Shown: positions 36,185 through 46,093 of the stretch, piece after piece
Position numbering within the stretch: the stretch's first letter is position 1
Layout of the letters: every line of letters starts with the position of its first letter
Origin: a virus
Taxonomy: Duplodnaviria; Caudoviricetes
Length of the DNA: 53,393 nt
Reading direction: 5' to 3' (one strand)
IMG/VR virus record: IMGVR_UViG_3300031997_000012
Coordinates: 1-53,393 of that record
The notes under the pieces: model-generated
Databases searched by the model: none
What the model saw: only the letters and a program-made list of their open reading frames with translations
What the model was told of the DNA's origin: nothing
Program-made: the position numbers and the translations under genes

Positions 36185-37846
36185 TCACCTAGTTGCTGAT
36201 ATTCTACCTGTTGCCTCACCTACATTACCTGTTGCGTTACCTTTTTTATGCTTTACCCAAGTAGGTTTAGACTTAGATAAGGTTGTATTTGTAGTTTTAG
36301 TCTTTTTAGTTATTTGGGTTATATCCTTAGGATCTGCCATAATACTAGGTCTTGATTTCATAGTAACAAGAGCGCTTACATCTGATCTCCCTATTCCGCC
36401 AAAATAATACCTATTTAATCTCTCTGATACGGGATGTTCCCAATCATTATATGCCGAAATTTCTTCTGTGCCGACTAAACCACCTTTTTCTTTTGTTGGT
36501 TGACCTCTTTTTATTCCAAGAGTTGTTCTGAAACTTTGCAATGTAACGTAACTATGGGAAACATTTTCTATATAATACTCCATACCATCGTCCTTATTTA
36601 CAACATAAATACCTATAATAGCTTCATTATTTCCTAATATATCCATACTTCCAGTTAATAGATGTTCGTTATGCAAAAACCATGCTACAGCAGTTCTATT
36701 TCGTTCTATTCCATGTTGAACAAAGGCTGGAACCAGAACTTCTTTTTCATAATTTTTTCCTCTAGAATTGCGCTGACCATAGTCTAAATTTACAAAGGTA
36801 GTAGTCATCTCAAGTTTTCTAAATCCATATTTTCCAATATAAGCAGGTAATGTCGGATCAATCTGAAAAAATGGATTTTCACTGTCTTGAGGTTGGCCTC
36901 GATTAGTACTTAAACATACCCCTCTAAAACTCTCCTTAGATAGAAGCGCTAATGTCGGCATTGTAATATAGTAATTAAAAATTTCATCCTGATTTTTAGC
37001 TACATTAATTGATACAAGATCATTATTTGAAATTTCTAAAGATTTTGGATAAAAAATACTGTCCTGAAGAAAGGTTTCAACCGATTTGTGATAATTTCCT
37101 TTTGCGTCTTTTAATCTAGAAGGCCTGAGAACTAACCATGACATATCAAGCCCATCATATACAAATAACTCATGAAATGGCTTATCTAAATACTGTTGAA
37201 AAGAATTCCAGAAAGTGCCCTCGTATCCCATAAGATGAAACAAATTCGTTTTATCTTCAGGATACATACTATCAGCGGCAAAACCAAGTTTAGTCCTTAA
37301 TGGAACTCCATTAAAGGTAACATCTACACATTCCTTAAATCTATCCGAAATAAAATCAAAAGCCCCTGCTGCATCTACCGATACTGGAAAATCACGCTTC
37401 CAGGCTAAAACAGTTAAAATTGCAGCTAAAGCATCATCCTGTCCCATTTCTGGGATATAGTAAATATTATGCTTCGTTAACAACGATCCTAAATCAGAAC
37501 CATTAATTGTTATAGTTCTCTGAGGTTCATTATTTTCAAAACTTTCTTGTTTTGTTACGGAATCAATAAGCCCTCTCATTACAACTTTACTTTCAGTATT
37601 GTTAATTCCATTAAACTCTATTTCTACGTAATCATGTGCATCTAACTTATTAAACCAGGTTCTTCCCTTTGAATCTAAATTTGGTACAAATGTTATTGTA
37701 AAGCTGCCTGCTGGATTCATCAAACTTTTGTTGGTACTTATAGACAAAATATCAGAATTAGAATCTCCAATCGCTGAAACAAAATTGAATTTCATTTCAT
37801 CTGTATAAATCGTAACCTTAGATGTTGGAGAACCCTGTGTTATCAA
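36185..37846 (-). CDS. Baseplate hub (gp27/gpD-like)
   Basis: IST.KSL.NPAGSF.I; MRGLIDSV; I.I.G.D; PFHELF; KYG.R; EYYIE.VSH; follows the tape measure gene. Confidence 0.75.
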   Translation of the reverse strand: MITQGSPTSKVTIYTDEMKFNFVSAIGDSNSDILSISTNKSLMNPAGSFTITFVPNLDSKGRTWFNKLDAHDYVEIEFNGINNTESKVVMRGLIDSVTKQESFENNEPQRTITINGSDLGSLLTKHNIYYIPEMGQDDALAAILTVLAWKRDFPVSVDAAGAFDFISDRFKECVDVTFNGVPLRTKLGFAADSMYPEDKTNLFHLMGYEGTFWNSFQQYLDKPFHELFVYDGLDMSWLVLRPSRLKDAKGNYHKSVETFLQDSIFYPKSLEISNNDLVSINVAKNQDEIFNYYITMPTLALLSKESFRGVCLSTNRGQPQDSENPFFQIDPTLPAYIGKYGFRKLEMTTTFVNLDYGQRNSRGKNYEKEVLVPAFVQHGIERNRTAVAWFLHNEHLLTGSMDILGNNEAIIGIYVVNKDDGMEYYIENVSHSYVTLQSFRTTLGIKRGQPTKEKGGLVGTEEISAYNDWEHPVSERLNRYYFGGIGRSDVSALVTMKSRPSIMADPKDITQITKKTKTTNTTLSKSKPTWVKHKKGNATGNVGEATGRISATR

Positions 37847-37856
37847 GATTTAAACC

Positions 37857-39608
37857 TCATTGATTTGTTTTTCCCGACGAAAAAACTCCTTTTAGTAAAG
37901 AGACTAAGTAATCCGGAACAAGTCCTACGTGCTGAGCTTGCACATACTCTACTGGTGGTTTTGGAACATCCCCGGTCCCAGAAAGTATAGAATTCATTTT
38001 ATCAACTCCTTGTTGCATAGTGCGTAATATATCTGGAACTTTCGCTAATTCAAATGCCGATGCTGCCATACTTGTCAACGAAACTTCTAAACCTTTAACA
38101 GTAGCAACTACTGTTTCTGAAATGCCTAATTTCTTCGCTTCTAATGTGGCGTCTAATGTAGTTAGTTTATCATATAGTTCCTTAGTTGGTTTAAAATCTA
38201 TATTTGTGCCACCAACAGCAGAACTTCCTTTGTCTAACTTTGCCTGAATGGCTTCTGGACTTTCTCTATCTTTATACGCTTTCATAACTGCTTCAGCTTG
38301 AAGAAATGGAATATTAGAAATATTAGATAAAGCCATAGCACCAAACTCAGGTCCATATCGTGATAGTTGTTCTAATACTGGCATTATAGATTTTGGATCA
38401 CCACGTTTTCTAAGAAAATCAAAATAATTACCACCCTGTCCCAGTGCACCCCACATAAACATTTCTTTTGCAGGAGTTCCTGGAGTTGCAATTGCATTAT
38501 AAATACCACCCATTGTTTGAACACCTCGTTGACCCTTTAAAACAGACGTATTTCCCATTTCCATCCATCTAGTCAATCCTGCAAGTGTTTTAGTTCCCTC
38601 AGGGCCTAAATCTGCTAAATGCTGTTCACTTAGACCCATTAATCCTGTCATAGTTTCAATTGCCTGTCCCATCGAAGCAAGTTTAGTTTCTTTTCCAAAG
38701 GCAGTTGCTAGAATCTTGCCTAAAAACTCATAATCTTGTTTAGAAGTTTGACCAACACGATTTCCAAAGGCCCCTACTTTTGTTGCCTTTTCAAAAGAGG
38801 GTTGCATAAATTCTGTTTCATACCCACCATATCTCATTCTAGCCATTACACCCATACCCTCAAAACCACCAAATCCTTGCATCTTGCCTGCTAGTTGAAT
38901 AGCTTCTGAGGGAGTGTATGCACCGGTCTTTACTGCTATATCTCGTGCACGTTTTGATTTTTCTGCACCCAATCTTCTATATGTTGGAGCTAGTGCCCCA
39001 TAATGCTGAGCAGCTGGTTGAGCTGCTATATTTCCTATCTGTAATAATCCACCTGCAGCCATCATTGCAGGACCAATTGCTGCACCAACAGGTACGCCAA
39101 ATATATTAAGTCCCATTGCGGCGCCACCTGCAGCCATTAAAGCACCTCCAACAGCAGGAATCATTGAACCTGTAGCAGCACCCATAACTCCACCCGCAAC
39201 ACCTCCAGCATAACCAACTCCTTGCATGAAGTTTCTAAATCTTGATTGATTATTAACAGAAATCGGAGATGATGGTGATAGTGCTGGTGTTGAAAGTGGC
39301 ATTACGGGAGTTGTGGCTGGAGCACTATCTCCTCTTGGAGATCCACGTGTTGCCCTTACTCTTCTCCCGCCTATATTACCTTCTTCATCTACAGTTTCTC
39401 CACCTGTAACTCCTCCACCAGCTCTGCCTGCTCTGCCTGCTCCCCCTGTCGCTCTGCCTCTCCCACTCACTGCAAATGGAGTATCAGAAACAGTCTTCAT
39501 CTTAGCAATAAGACGATCCATTTCCTGTTCAAGCTTAATTATATTCTTAGCCGCTTGATCAGTATCACTTTTAAAAATTAACTTAGTTTCAATGTTTCGA
39601 CCCGCCAC
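37857..39608 (-). CDS. Tape measure protein (short, 583 aa)
   Basis: Position after the tail chaperones; Gly/Ala-rich hydrophobic segment; helical composition. Confidence 0.7.
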   Translation of the reverse strand: MAGRNIETKLIFKSDTDQAAKNIIKLEQEMDRLIAKMKTVSDTPFAVSGRGRATGGAGRAGRAGGGVTGGETVDEEGNIGGRRVRATRGSPRGDSAPATTPVMPLSTPALSPSSPISVNNQSRFRNFMQGVGYAGGVAGGVMGAATGSMIPAVGGALMAAGGAAMGLNIFGVPVGAAIGPAMMAAGGLLQIGNIAAQPAAQHYGALAPTYRRLGAEKSKRARDIAVKTGAYTPSEAIQLAGKMQGFGGFEGMGVMARMRYGGYETEFMQPSFEKATKVGAFGNRVGQTSKQDYEFLGKILATAFGKETKLASMGQAIETMTGLMGLSEQHLADLGPEGTKTLAGLTRWMEMGNTSVLKGQRGVQTMGGIYNAIATPGTPAKEMFMWGALGQGGNYFDFLRKRGDPKSIMPVLEQLSRYGPEFGAMALSNISNIPFLQAEAVMKAYKDRESPEAIQAKLDKGSSAVGGTNIDFKPTKELYDKLTTLDATLEAKKLGISETVVATVKGLEVSLTSMAASAFELAKVPDILRTMQQGVDKMNSILSGTGDVPKPPVEYVQAQHVGLVPDYLVSLLKGVFSSGKTNQ

Positions 39609-39609
39609 T

Positions 39610-39807
39610 TTATCTCCCTACCCAACGAAAACCACTTTTTGAAGGACTTTTCTTTGAAACTGATGGAATTTGAAAGTAAGGTTTTCTGTTTATTTTCTTT
39701 AAAAATCTTCCAGCGTATCCACTAACCCAAGAAATACCGTGTCTAGTCAATCTAGTATGAGGACTAACCCAACCTTTTTGTAAAATAACATAAAGAAGAT
39801 TATCCAC
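39610..39807 (-). CDS. Small basic hypothetical protein
   Basis: Likely GTG at 39807 overlapping the upstream TAG; VSPHTRLTRHGISWVSGY motif. Confidence 0.5.
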   Translation of the reverse strand: MDNLLYVILQKGWVSPHTRLTRHGISWVSGYAGRFLKKINRKPYFQIPSVSKKSPSKSGFRWVGR

Positions 39808-40160
39808 TAGGGAACCTCTTCCCAATTTAGATTCTTGCCAAAATCTTTGTTTTTGTTTTCTACAACTTCCATATATTCATCAAAATCTGGGTCAAAGTAT
39901 TTTTCAGAAAGACCCTTAATTCCACATTTTTGACACACACTTCCAGCTATAGTGTCTCCACACCTTGGACAAACATTTTTAGAAATTTTAGCCGTTTCTG
40001 CAATAATTTGATCTGTCTCATAATCCAATTCCATTTCCCAGGGCTCAGTATTCAAAAATCTAGGATCTTTTACTGGTAAATTATATTTCTGTCTGTACCA
40101 ATACTCAAGACTGCTCGACTGTTCCTTCGCCAGTTTTTTCAGATTCAGGTTTTTTCTGAA
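39807..40160 (-). CDS. Tail assembly chaperone +1 frameshift extension
   Basis: The +1 frame is open from TTT-CAG (40156-40161): FRKNLNLKKLAKEQ...YWYRQKYNLPVKDPRFL...CPRC...CQKC; no good independent start. Confidence 0.7.
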   Translation of the reverse strand, partial: FRKNLNLKKLAKEQSSSLEYWYRQKYNLPVKDPRFLNTEPWEMELDYETDQIIAETAKISKNVCPRCGDTIAGSVCQKCGIKGLSEKYFDPDFDEYMEVVENKNKDFGKNLNWEEVP

Positions 40161-40467
40161 ACGTTTGCAGACAGTCTACATACTTCTGATAGACCGTCTG
40201 CAGCACCTCCAAATCTCTTAGATCTCTTGGTTTCCACCAAAGAGGAGCCTCATCAACAATCACATCAAATGTAGCAATCATGTGTGCTAAATTAGATGTT
40301 AAAATGTCAACATTACTAAGACCCTCTATTTCACGAGCTTCAATAACACCAATCTTAATTCTCTCACCAATAGTTGGTCTATGGATTTTGAACTTACCAA
40401 TAAATTCTTCTCCATGAAGCAGTTTCAGATCAAGTTCAATTGTAAATGAATTAGATTTATTTTCCAT
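40105..40467 (-). CDS. Tail assembly chaperone
   Basis: Between tube and tape measure; GKFKIHRPTIGERIKI...MIATFDV...P.WW. Confidence 0.75.
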   Translation of the reverse strand: MENKSNSFTIELDLKLLHGEEFIGKFKIHRPTIGERIKIGVIEAREIEGLSNVDILTSNLAHMIATFDVIVDEAPLWWKPRDLRDLEVLQTVYQKYVDCLQTFQKKPESEKTGEGTVEQS

Positions 40468-40540
40468 GTTCTCCTTTCATTTTTAATAGATAACAAGGTG
40501 GGAAGTAAGAGGAATTAGATTAAATATTTAAGATTATTAC

Positions 40541-40945
40541 CTAACCTGCTGAAACCGAAAGTGATCTCCAAGTCGCATTTTCCGCTACAATCGCATGAGC
40601 CTGAACTCTAATACTATAATTTGCACAAGAACAAGATTCATACTTTTTAATCAAAGTTCCATCCTTAGTAAGAATCTCTATATCAATTACACCCATATTT
40701 AGAACATCCTCGCTAACAGGAACAAATCCTAATTCCAAAAGAGACCATTTGTTGATAATAAACTTATCAACGGTAATAGTATGCGTAATTTTAGTATTAA
40801 CATGTTCTTGAACTTCTACGTCACCAATACCACTCGCGTCTTCGATCCCGAAATCACTATCGGCCGTGACATTTTGTGCTCTTCCAATTTCTGTTCCCTG
40901 AATTTTCAGCAAAATTAGATTTCCAGTTAAAGTACTCTTAGCCAT
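40541..40945 (-). CDS. Tail tube protein
   Basis: TGN.ILL.I.G..IGRAQ...G....QEHV.....TITV...LG.....EDVL....IDI...Y..CS..NY, matching the Twort/SPO1-type tube pattern. Confidence 0.9.
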   Translation of the reverse strand: MAKSTLTGNLILLKIQGTEIGRAQNVTADSDFGIEDASGIGDVEVQEHVNTKITHTITVDKFIINKWSLLELGFVPVSEDVLNMGVIDIEILTKDGTLIKKYESCSCANYSIRVQAHAIVAENATWRSLSVSAG

Positions 40946-40975
40946 TTAAAGTATTCACCTCCCTATAGTTAATTA

Positions 40976-41161
40976 TTAAACCACTGTCTTTTTCTTTAAA
41001 AAAAGATACCATCCCGAAACAAACCCAGCACCAAATCCCACTAAAATCGACGGCCACTGAAGTTTAAGTAAAAAATATCCAGCTATACATGCTAAAATAA
41101 CCAAAACGGGCATTCCATAATGTAGTATCATATATTTTATATCAGTAGACAAAAAACTCAC
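40976..41161 (-). CDS. Small two-TM membrane protein
   Basis: Two hydrophobic helices and a basic tail; GGAG RBS. Confidence 0.65.
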   Translation of the reverse strand: MSFLSTDIKYMILHYGMPVLVILACIAGYFLLKLQWPSILVGFGAGFVSGWYLFLKKKTVV

Positions 41162-41172
41162 CTCCTTTAAAA

Positions 41173-43791
41173 TTAAGCAACTACAGTAGCGCTATATACA
41201 GTAAGATTTACTGAAATAGCAACGTAGTTAATCGGAATAACCGGTGAACACTCGAATTCTACGTAACAGGTATCCCCCTCTAAACGACATTGGATATTTT
41301 TGTATGCAGGATTTGTTGCATCTCCTGCTAAAAGTTCTAATCTGTAACATTGTTGTAATACCGACGCTGTAGCATTTTTTATGCTTATTAGAGTCGTTAT
41401 TGTTCCTTTTCTACCTACGAAATCTCTGTCTAGTCTTTCTCTAACCTGTTTTGCTACATAGTCAGCTGTTCTCCTAACACTAACCTCTCTTCGATTATAC
41501 TTATCACTTCTTAACCAGGTAGTAATGGACTGACAAACTCTATAACCAAAACCAGGATCATATTCTAATGGTAATACCCCTCCTAATAACAGTCTATCTA
41601 AATCAGCCCATCTAAAATTATATTCTAATCCTATGACTTTTATCGAATCGTGAGTTAAAGCCTCAGCTACATCTACTCCTGCTGCCATACCTGCTACTAA
41701 TGCTGCAGAAATACTTCCAGGATATGTTATCATTAATCCATTATCATCATAAGCTTTAAATCCAGGACCTACATATACCATTCTATCCGAATTTAAAGAT
41801 TCCGCATAAGTTAACATTTGGTCTATAGAATTCAAAGCAACAGTTGTACTTGCCCATTTTCCTAATCCTGCTGTATAACCATCTGCTGCGGCAAATCCAC
41901 CACAAAATCCTATTCGTTCCATCTTTCCTATACCAGACATATAACTACAATGAGAACTCAACGAAGCCCAAACAGCAGGATCATAGGATACACAGGTAAT
42001 CAATGGGGTATCTTCATTTTGAAGTAATTCAATTGCTGTATCCCAATGTGTTTGTAAAGTTGTCCCCTCAGAACCACCCGTAAAATATGTATCTACAACA
42101 TTTTTTAATGCAGACCTTCCTAACAAACCTCCACAATCAAATACCACTGTTCCATTTGTTACTGTAGTGCCAACTACAATAGGCCAGGTGGATTCTGATG
42201 TTGCACTAGTTCCTGTTTGACTCACACGATACCAATATCCATTTGAAGAAGTAGGAACACATAAATCACCTACAGTATAATATTTTGAAGCTTCCCATGT
42301 AGAAGGACCATACTGAGCTGTAACAAATCCAGTATTTCCAGCATTTACCCAATCTATAACAGCCTGAAGATCAGATTTTAATATTAAAGCCTTTCTAACT
42401 TTTGCTCTAGTTACAACATCACCAGTTCCAATATAAGTTGAAGACAATGCGCTATCTATAACTATAGTATTTGCAGAAGTAGAAACATTAGTTACTTTTC
42501 TCATTTCTTCTGAAGATATCCAGTTTGGTGCTACTGGTATAGAAGAAACTACTACATAATCTCCTATAGCATATCCTGCTGCTGAAAATACTGATAATGT
42601 AGTTCCACTGGTATATGCCGCCACTAAATACGTATTACCCGTCATTACATTTCCTGCGGATAAATCATCTAAATCTGTTGGTAATTCTGTATTAGGGGCT
42701 AATGTTGCCGGATAAGCTTCATAATGAGGTTGAGCATCTAAATAGTCTGTTAATTGTTGAACCGTAGCATAACCAGATAATGTTACATCTAATCCTCTGC
42801 CTAACCAAATATAATTTCCATTGGCACCAGATGTTAAACTCGTTGAAGTTTTTAACCTCACCCAATACTGACTGGAAGAATCTACTATGGTTTTAGTCCA
42901 GTTTGTAGGAATTGTATAGGTAATGTTTCCTAATGTTGAAAACGGTTTTCCTACTCCTCCACTTGTTCCATCCGTAAATGCTGAAAGAGCTGTCCATGCA
43001 GTTCCATTCCAGTACTGGCCACTCATAACCGCAGCAACATCTTGAACCACATCACCTGGTTTATATGTTATCGTTCCAAACATCTGATCACTACCAGCGT
43101 AAAGAAAATCAACGGCAAGTTCAGGAATAATAAAATATGAAGAATCATCCTCCTCTGCTTCATCATAAACATCATCATATAAACCTGTACTATCTACATA
43201 AGTTTTAATAGACTGAACATTTGAAATGACAGTTGTTGTAAGTTTATCAGTAGATTTAGAAATAGTGCAGGTTGCAGATCTTGCCTTTGTATCAGTACAT
43301 GCCAGATAAATAGATTTTCTTTCTAAGTTATTTCCCTGATCATAAGAAGTTCCATAGGTAATAGTAATTTTTTTAGTTCCAGAATTAGTACCTGTTTCAA
43401 CCCTTGCCTTAATCTGGTTATTCCACAATCCATAGTCAACTGATTTAAGAAAAATCAGCGGACTCTGAACTGCATCTGTAAGTGTTAACTGACTCATCAA
43501 TGCCGGATTAACCCTTATAGCTGCAATAAGATAAGCTCCAGATGTTTCCGCACTAGGATCATAAGCTCTCTGAACTGCTTGTAGAAGAGGTCCTGACTTT
43601 AAAATAGATTTAGCATAGGATGGATCTGAAAACCAGTAAACATGATTCGGTTCCCCACCTGTGCATTCTCCTATAATAGCTAAATTATTAGCTCCACCAA
43701 GACCACGTGCATACATGCCCTCATCGTTGATCTGAGTAAAACTTTGAGGACGAATAAGTCTTTTTCCTGCAAAATAGATCCCAACTGCCAT
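41173..43791 (-). CDS. Contractile tail sheath protein with large insertions
   Basis: RP......D...IGE..GGEPN.VY.......AK...SG.LL.A...A; S.DYG...N.I; conserved C-terminal sheath core (SITT...E.SV...DF.G...PV..IN.V); 872 aa. Confidence 0.93.
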   Translation of the reverse strand: MAVGIYFAGKRLIRPQSFTQINDEGMYARGLGGANNLAIIGECTGGEPNHVYWFSDPSYAKSILKSGPLLQAVQRAYDPSAETSGAYLIAAIRVNPALMSQLTLTDAVQSPLIFLKSVDYGLWNNQIKARVETGTNSGTKKITITYGTSYDQGNNLERKSIYLACTDTKARSATCTISKSTDKLTTTVISNVQSIKTYVDSTGLYDDVYDEAEEDDSSYFIIPELAVDFLYAGSDQMFGTITYKPGDVVQDVAAVMSGQYWNGTAWTALSAFTDGTSGGVGKPFSTLGNITYTIPTNWTKTIVDSSSQYWVRLKTSTSLTSGANGNYIWLGRGLDVTLSGYATVQQLTDYLDAQPHYEAYPATLAPNTELPTDLDDLSAGNVMTGNTYLVAAYTSGTTLSVFSAAGYAIGDYVVVSSIPVAPNWISSEEMRKVTNVSTSANTIVIDSALSSTYIGTGDVVTRAKVRKALILKSDLQAVIDWVNAGNTGFVTAQYGPSTWEASKYYTVGDLCVPTSSNGYWYRVSQTGTSATSESTWPIVVGTTVTNGTVVFDCGGLLGRSALKNVVDTYFTGGSEGTTLQTHWDTAIELLQNEDTPLITCVSYDPAVWASLSSHCSYMSGIGKMERIGFCGGFAAADGYTAGLGKWASTTVALNSIDQMLTYAESLNSDRMVYVGPGFKAYDDNGLMITYPGSISAALVAGMAAGVDVAEALTHDSIKVIGLEYNFRWADLDRLLLGGVLPLEYDPGFGYRVCQSITTWLRSDKYNRREVSVRRTADYVAKQVRERLDRDFVGRKGTITTLISIKNATASVLQQCYRLELLAGDATNPAYKNIQCRLEGDTCYVEFECSPVIPINYVAISVNLTVYSATVVA

Positions 43792-43815
43792 TTTATACTA
43801 CCTCCATTTAGATTT

Positions 43816-43995
43816 TTAGACTTTTCTGTTCATAAATTCATCAAGTTTATCTTTCCACTGAGTCTCATTTAAAGATTTTGGTATACCGTATCTTTTCATC
43901 CAGTTAGAAAAACCACCAATAGTTTCAATAAGATACTTGCCCTTAAGCGAATTTAAAAATTCATTAAATCCAAATCTAGGCGCAAAATTTTCCAT
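43816..43995 (-). CDS. Small protein preceding the sheath (59 aa)
   Basis: Not in track. MENFAPRFGFNEFLNSLKGKYLIETIGGFSNWMKRYGIPKSLNETQWKDKLDEFMNRKV fills the gap; SPO1/Twort-like phages have a small gene here. Confidence 0.7.
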   Translation of the reverse strand: MENFAPRFGFNEFLNSLKGKYLIETIGGFSNWMKRYGIPKSLNETQWKDKLDEFMNRKV

Positions 43996-44029
43996 TTTTT
44001 AATCCCATATACTATATTTATATAAAAAA

Positions 44030-45142
44030 TTAATTAGATGACATCCCCACTCCCCAATCTTGACGCCCTATTTTAACTTCCAGCGCAGTTAACTCATACT
44101 CTCTCGGAACTATCTCAATAGTTTTACAGTTGTAACCCAATGCTCTAATGTAAGCAAATTCAGGATAAAATTCAGGTTGAGGAATAATGTCTCCTCCATC
44201 TAACCTTTGTTCCATAAACCCCCAAGATGTCTCTAGATAAGTACGATACTTAAGTAAAAACCACTTTACTATATCATACATAATCAAAGTTAATTCAGCA
44301 TTATTAGTCCAACATTCTATTTTATGTCTGTTATCAAAAAAGGTTTCTTCATAAGTTCCAAAAGCAGATCTTTCACCCCGTAAAGCATCTATGTAAATAT
44401 CTACATATTGAGTTGAATCTGTAATTAAAAAACTCATATATCTAATTCTTTCTTTATCTCTATTAGCCACTTTTTTAATATCTATTCTAATTTTTTCCCA
44501 TAAATTTTTAACAGTTACTGGAAAGTTAAACACCTGCTCTCTATGAGCTTTTTCACCAAAACCAAATTCAAGAAAATTACCAATTCTATTACTTTTAATC
44601 CATACATCAACTACACCTTTATCTACTAGGCTGACATAGCCACCCTCAAGTACACTATTCTGAAAATCTATCCAAATTCCTTTATTTGAATGATATTCTG
44701 ATTGTTCTCTAACTTCACCTATTACATGGCATGAACGTCTCCCATCTTTGACTACCATAGAACTATAAAACTGTTTAACATCAAACGGAAGATCAGGTGG
44801 TAAATCCATTTCATTCCAACGAAAAATACTACTATCGGACGAAAGCCATCCATCTTCCATATTAGAAATATAAACTTCATCATAAAGATCTCCACTAGAA
44901 CCTATAATCTGCTCAGATTCTGTAGAGCTATCCAAAGAAATCGCATAACATGGGAGATCAGTTGCATCCCTTGGAAAATGATAAACAGTCCTAATATCAG
45001 AATTAGAAATAAACTGTTTTATACTTTCAATTTTCTCTGCCGTTTTACCTTCAAAAATCTGATCTAAAATAGATGGATCAGATTTAATTTCAGCTATCTT
45101 ATCATCAAGAAACGAGTGTAAAACTTCGTCGATGTTTGTCAA
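44030..45142 (-). CDS. Tail completion/terminator protein with inserted beta-sandwich domain
   Basis: Position before the sheath; FPR...LP.Y.I.L....E....IG N-part and helical C-part flank a jelly-roll-like insert (WIKS...WEKIRID...IYIDALR). Confidence 0.65.
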   Translation of the reverse strand: MTNIDEVLHSFLDDKIAEIKSDPSILDQIFEGKTAEKIESIKQFISNSDIRTVYHFPRDATDLPCYAISLDSSTESEQIIGSSGDLYDEVYISNMEDGWLSSDSSIFRWNEMDLPPDLPFDVKQFYSSMVVKDGRRSCHVIGEVREQSEYHSNKGIWIDFQNSVLEGGYVSLVDKGVVDVWIKSNRIGNFLEFGFGEKAHREQVFNFPVTVKNLWEKIRIDIKKVANRDKERIRYMSFLITDSTQYVDIYIDALRGERSAFGTYEETFFDNRHKIECWTNNAELTLIMYDIVKWFLLKYRTYLETSWGFMEQRLDGGDIIPQPEFYPEFAYIRALGYNCKTIEIVPREYELTALEVKIGRQDWGVGMSSN

Positions 45143-45903
45143 TTTGAGGTCAAAATCCTTTCTGCAATAATAGACACTTGGTTTTGAATTTTATTAACTG
45201 CCGTTTCAGAAGCAAATATTCCAGGAAATCCTGGGTGTATCCAACTTGAAGTATTACTATTTTTCGATACTCTTCTAAATGTCATAAAACCCGCTCTTCT
45301 ACCTTTCTGAACTTTCACCATACCCGAATACGGAGATGATTTCCAAGTATAGTTGCCAAATTTAGACAAATCTTGTGAAAGCTTAGATCGCATTCCATGT
45401 CCGCTCAACTTAACAGGAAGATTTAAACTAGAACCTCCAACATTTAGCTGAGAAGCTAATCTATAAACTGGTCTCGGCATTGTTAATGATCCTCTATTCC
45501 CACCACCAGGAGCCGTATGACTAAACGGAACTGTAATATAAGGTTTTCCTGTTTTTGTTTTTTTAACTTTAGAACTTTTTAAAAGCCCTATCTTTAAATC
45601 ATAAGCAGAACAACCTTGTTCTATCATGTTAGGAAGACTTCCTCGAAGAGTAATTGTAGCTGTATTTCTTTTGACTTCTACCGGACTTAAACTAGAAATA
45701 TACAAACCCGTGGTAGACTTTAGTTTGCTTTTTGCAGCTTTTGCCCACTCATAACGGGCAACCTCACCCACCTGACCCAAAATAGCAGACCCCAGTCTTC
45801 TAAGATTTGGTAGTAAACCCTTTCTTTCAGCTGTAACTTTTAAAGAACTTTTCATAGACTTTCGCCGAGATTCCCTCTTACATTCATAAACTATCCCAGA
45901 CAT
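45139..45903 (-). CDS. Neck / tail-completion protein (basic)
   Basis: PNMIEQG...YDLK.GLL...K.K....G..YITVPF.H...FRRVS.NS...SWIHPG. Confidence 0.7.
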   Translation of the reverse strand: MSGIVYECKRESRRKSMKSSLKVTAERKGLLPNLRRLGSAILGQVGEVARYEWAKAAKSKLKSTTGLYISSLSPVEVKRNTATITLRGSLPNMIEQGCSAYDLKIGLLKSSKVKKTKTGKPYITVPFSHTAPGGGNRGSLTMPRPVYRLASQLNVGGSSLNLPVKLSGHGMRSKLSQDLSKFGNYTWKSSPYSGMVKVQKGRRAGFMTFRRVSKNSNTSSWIHPGFPGIFASETAVNKIQNQVSIIAERILTSN

Positions 45904-46084
45904 ATAATATAATAACTGCTATCCAGCTTAAAGCTAAAATAGAAAATAGAATTCTCAAAAAAAGATTATCCCAAAAAATAGCTACAAAAGTTACAAAAAC
46001 ACCCTCTACTGCTACTACAGTAACTAAAGCAACAATAAATATCCAAAAAAGTGCCCTATAATCACCATGTCCATTTTGATCCAT
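45884..46084 (-). CDS. Small two-TM membrane protein
   Basis: Two hydrophobic helices; GGAG RBS. Confidence 0.6.
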   Translation of the reverse strand: MDQNGHGDYRALFWIFIVALVTVVAVEGVFVTFVAIFWDNLFLRILFSILALSWIAVIILYVWDSL

Positions 46085-46093
46085 TTTCGTCTC

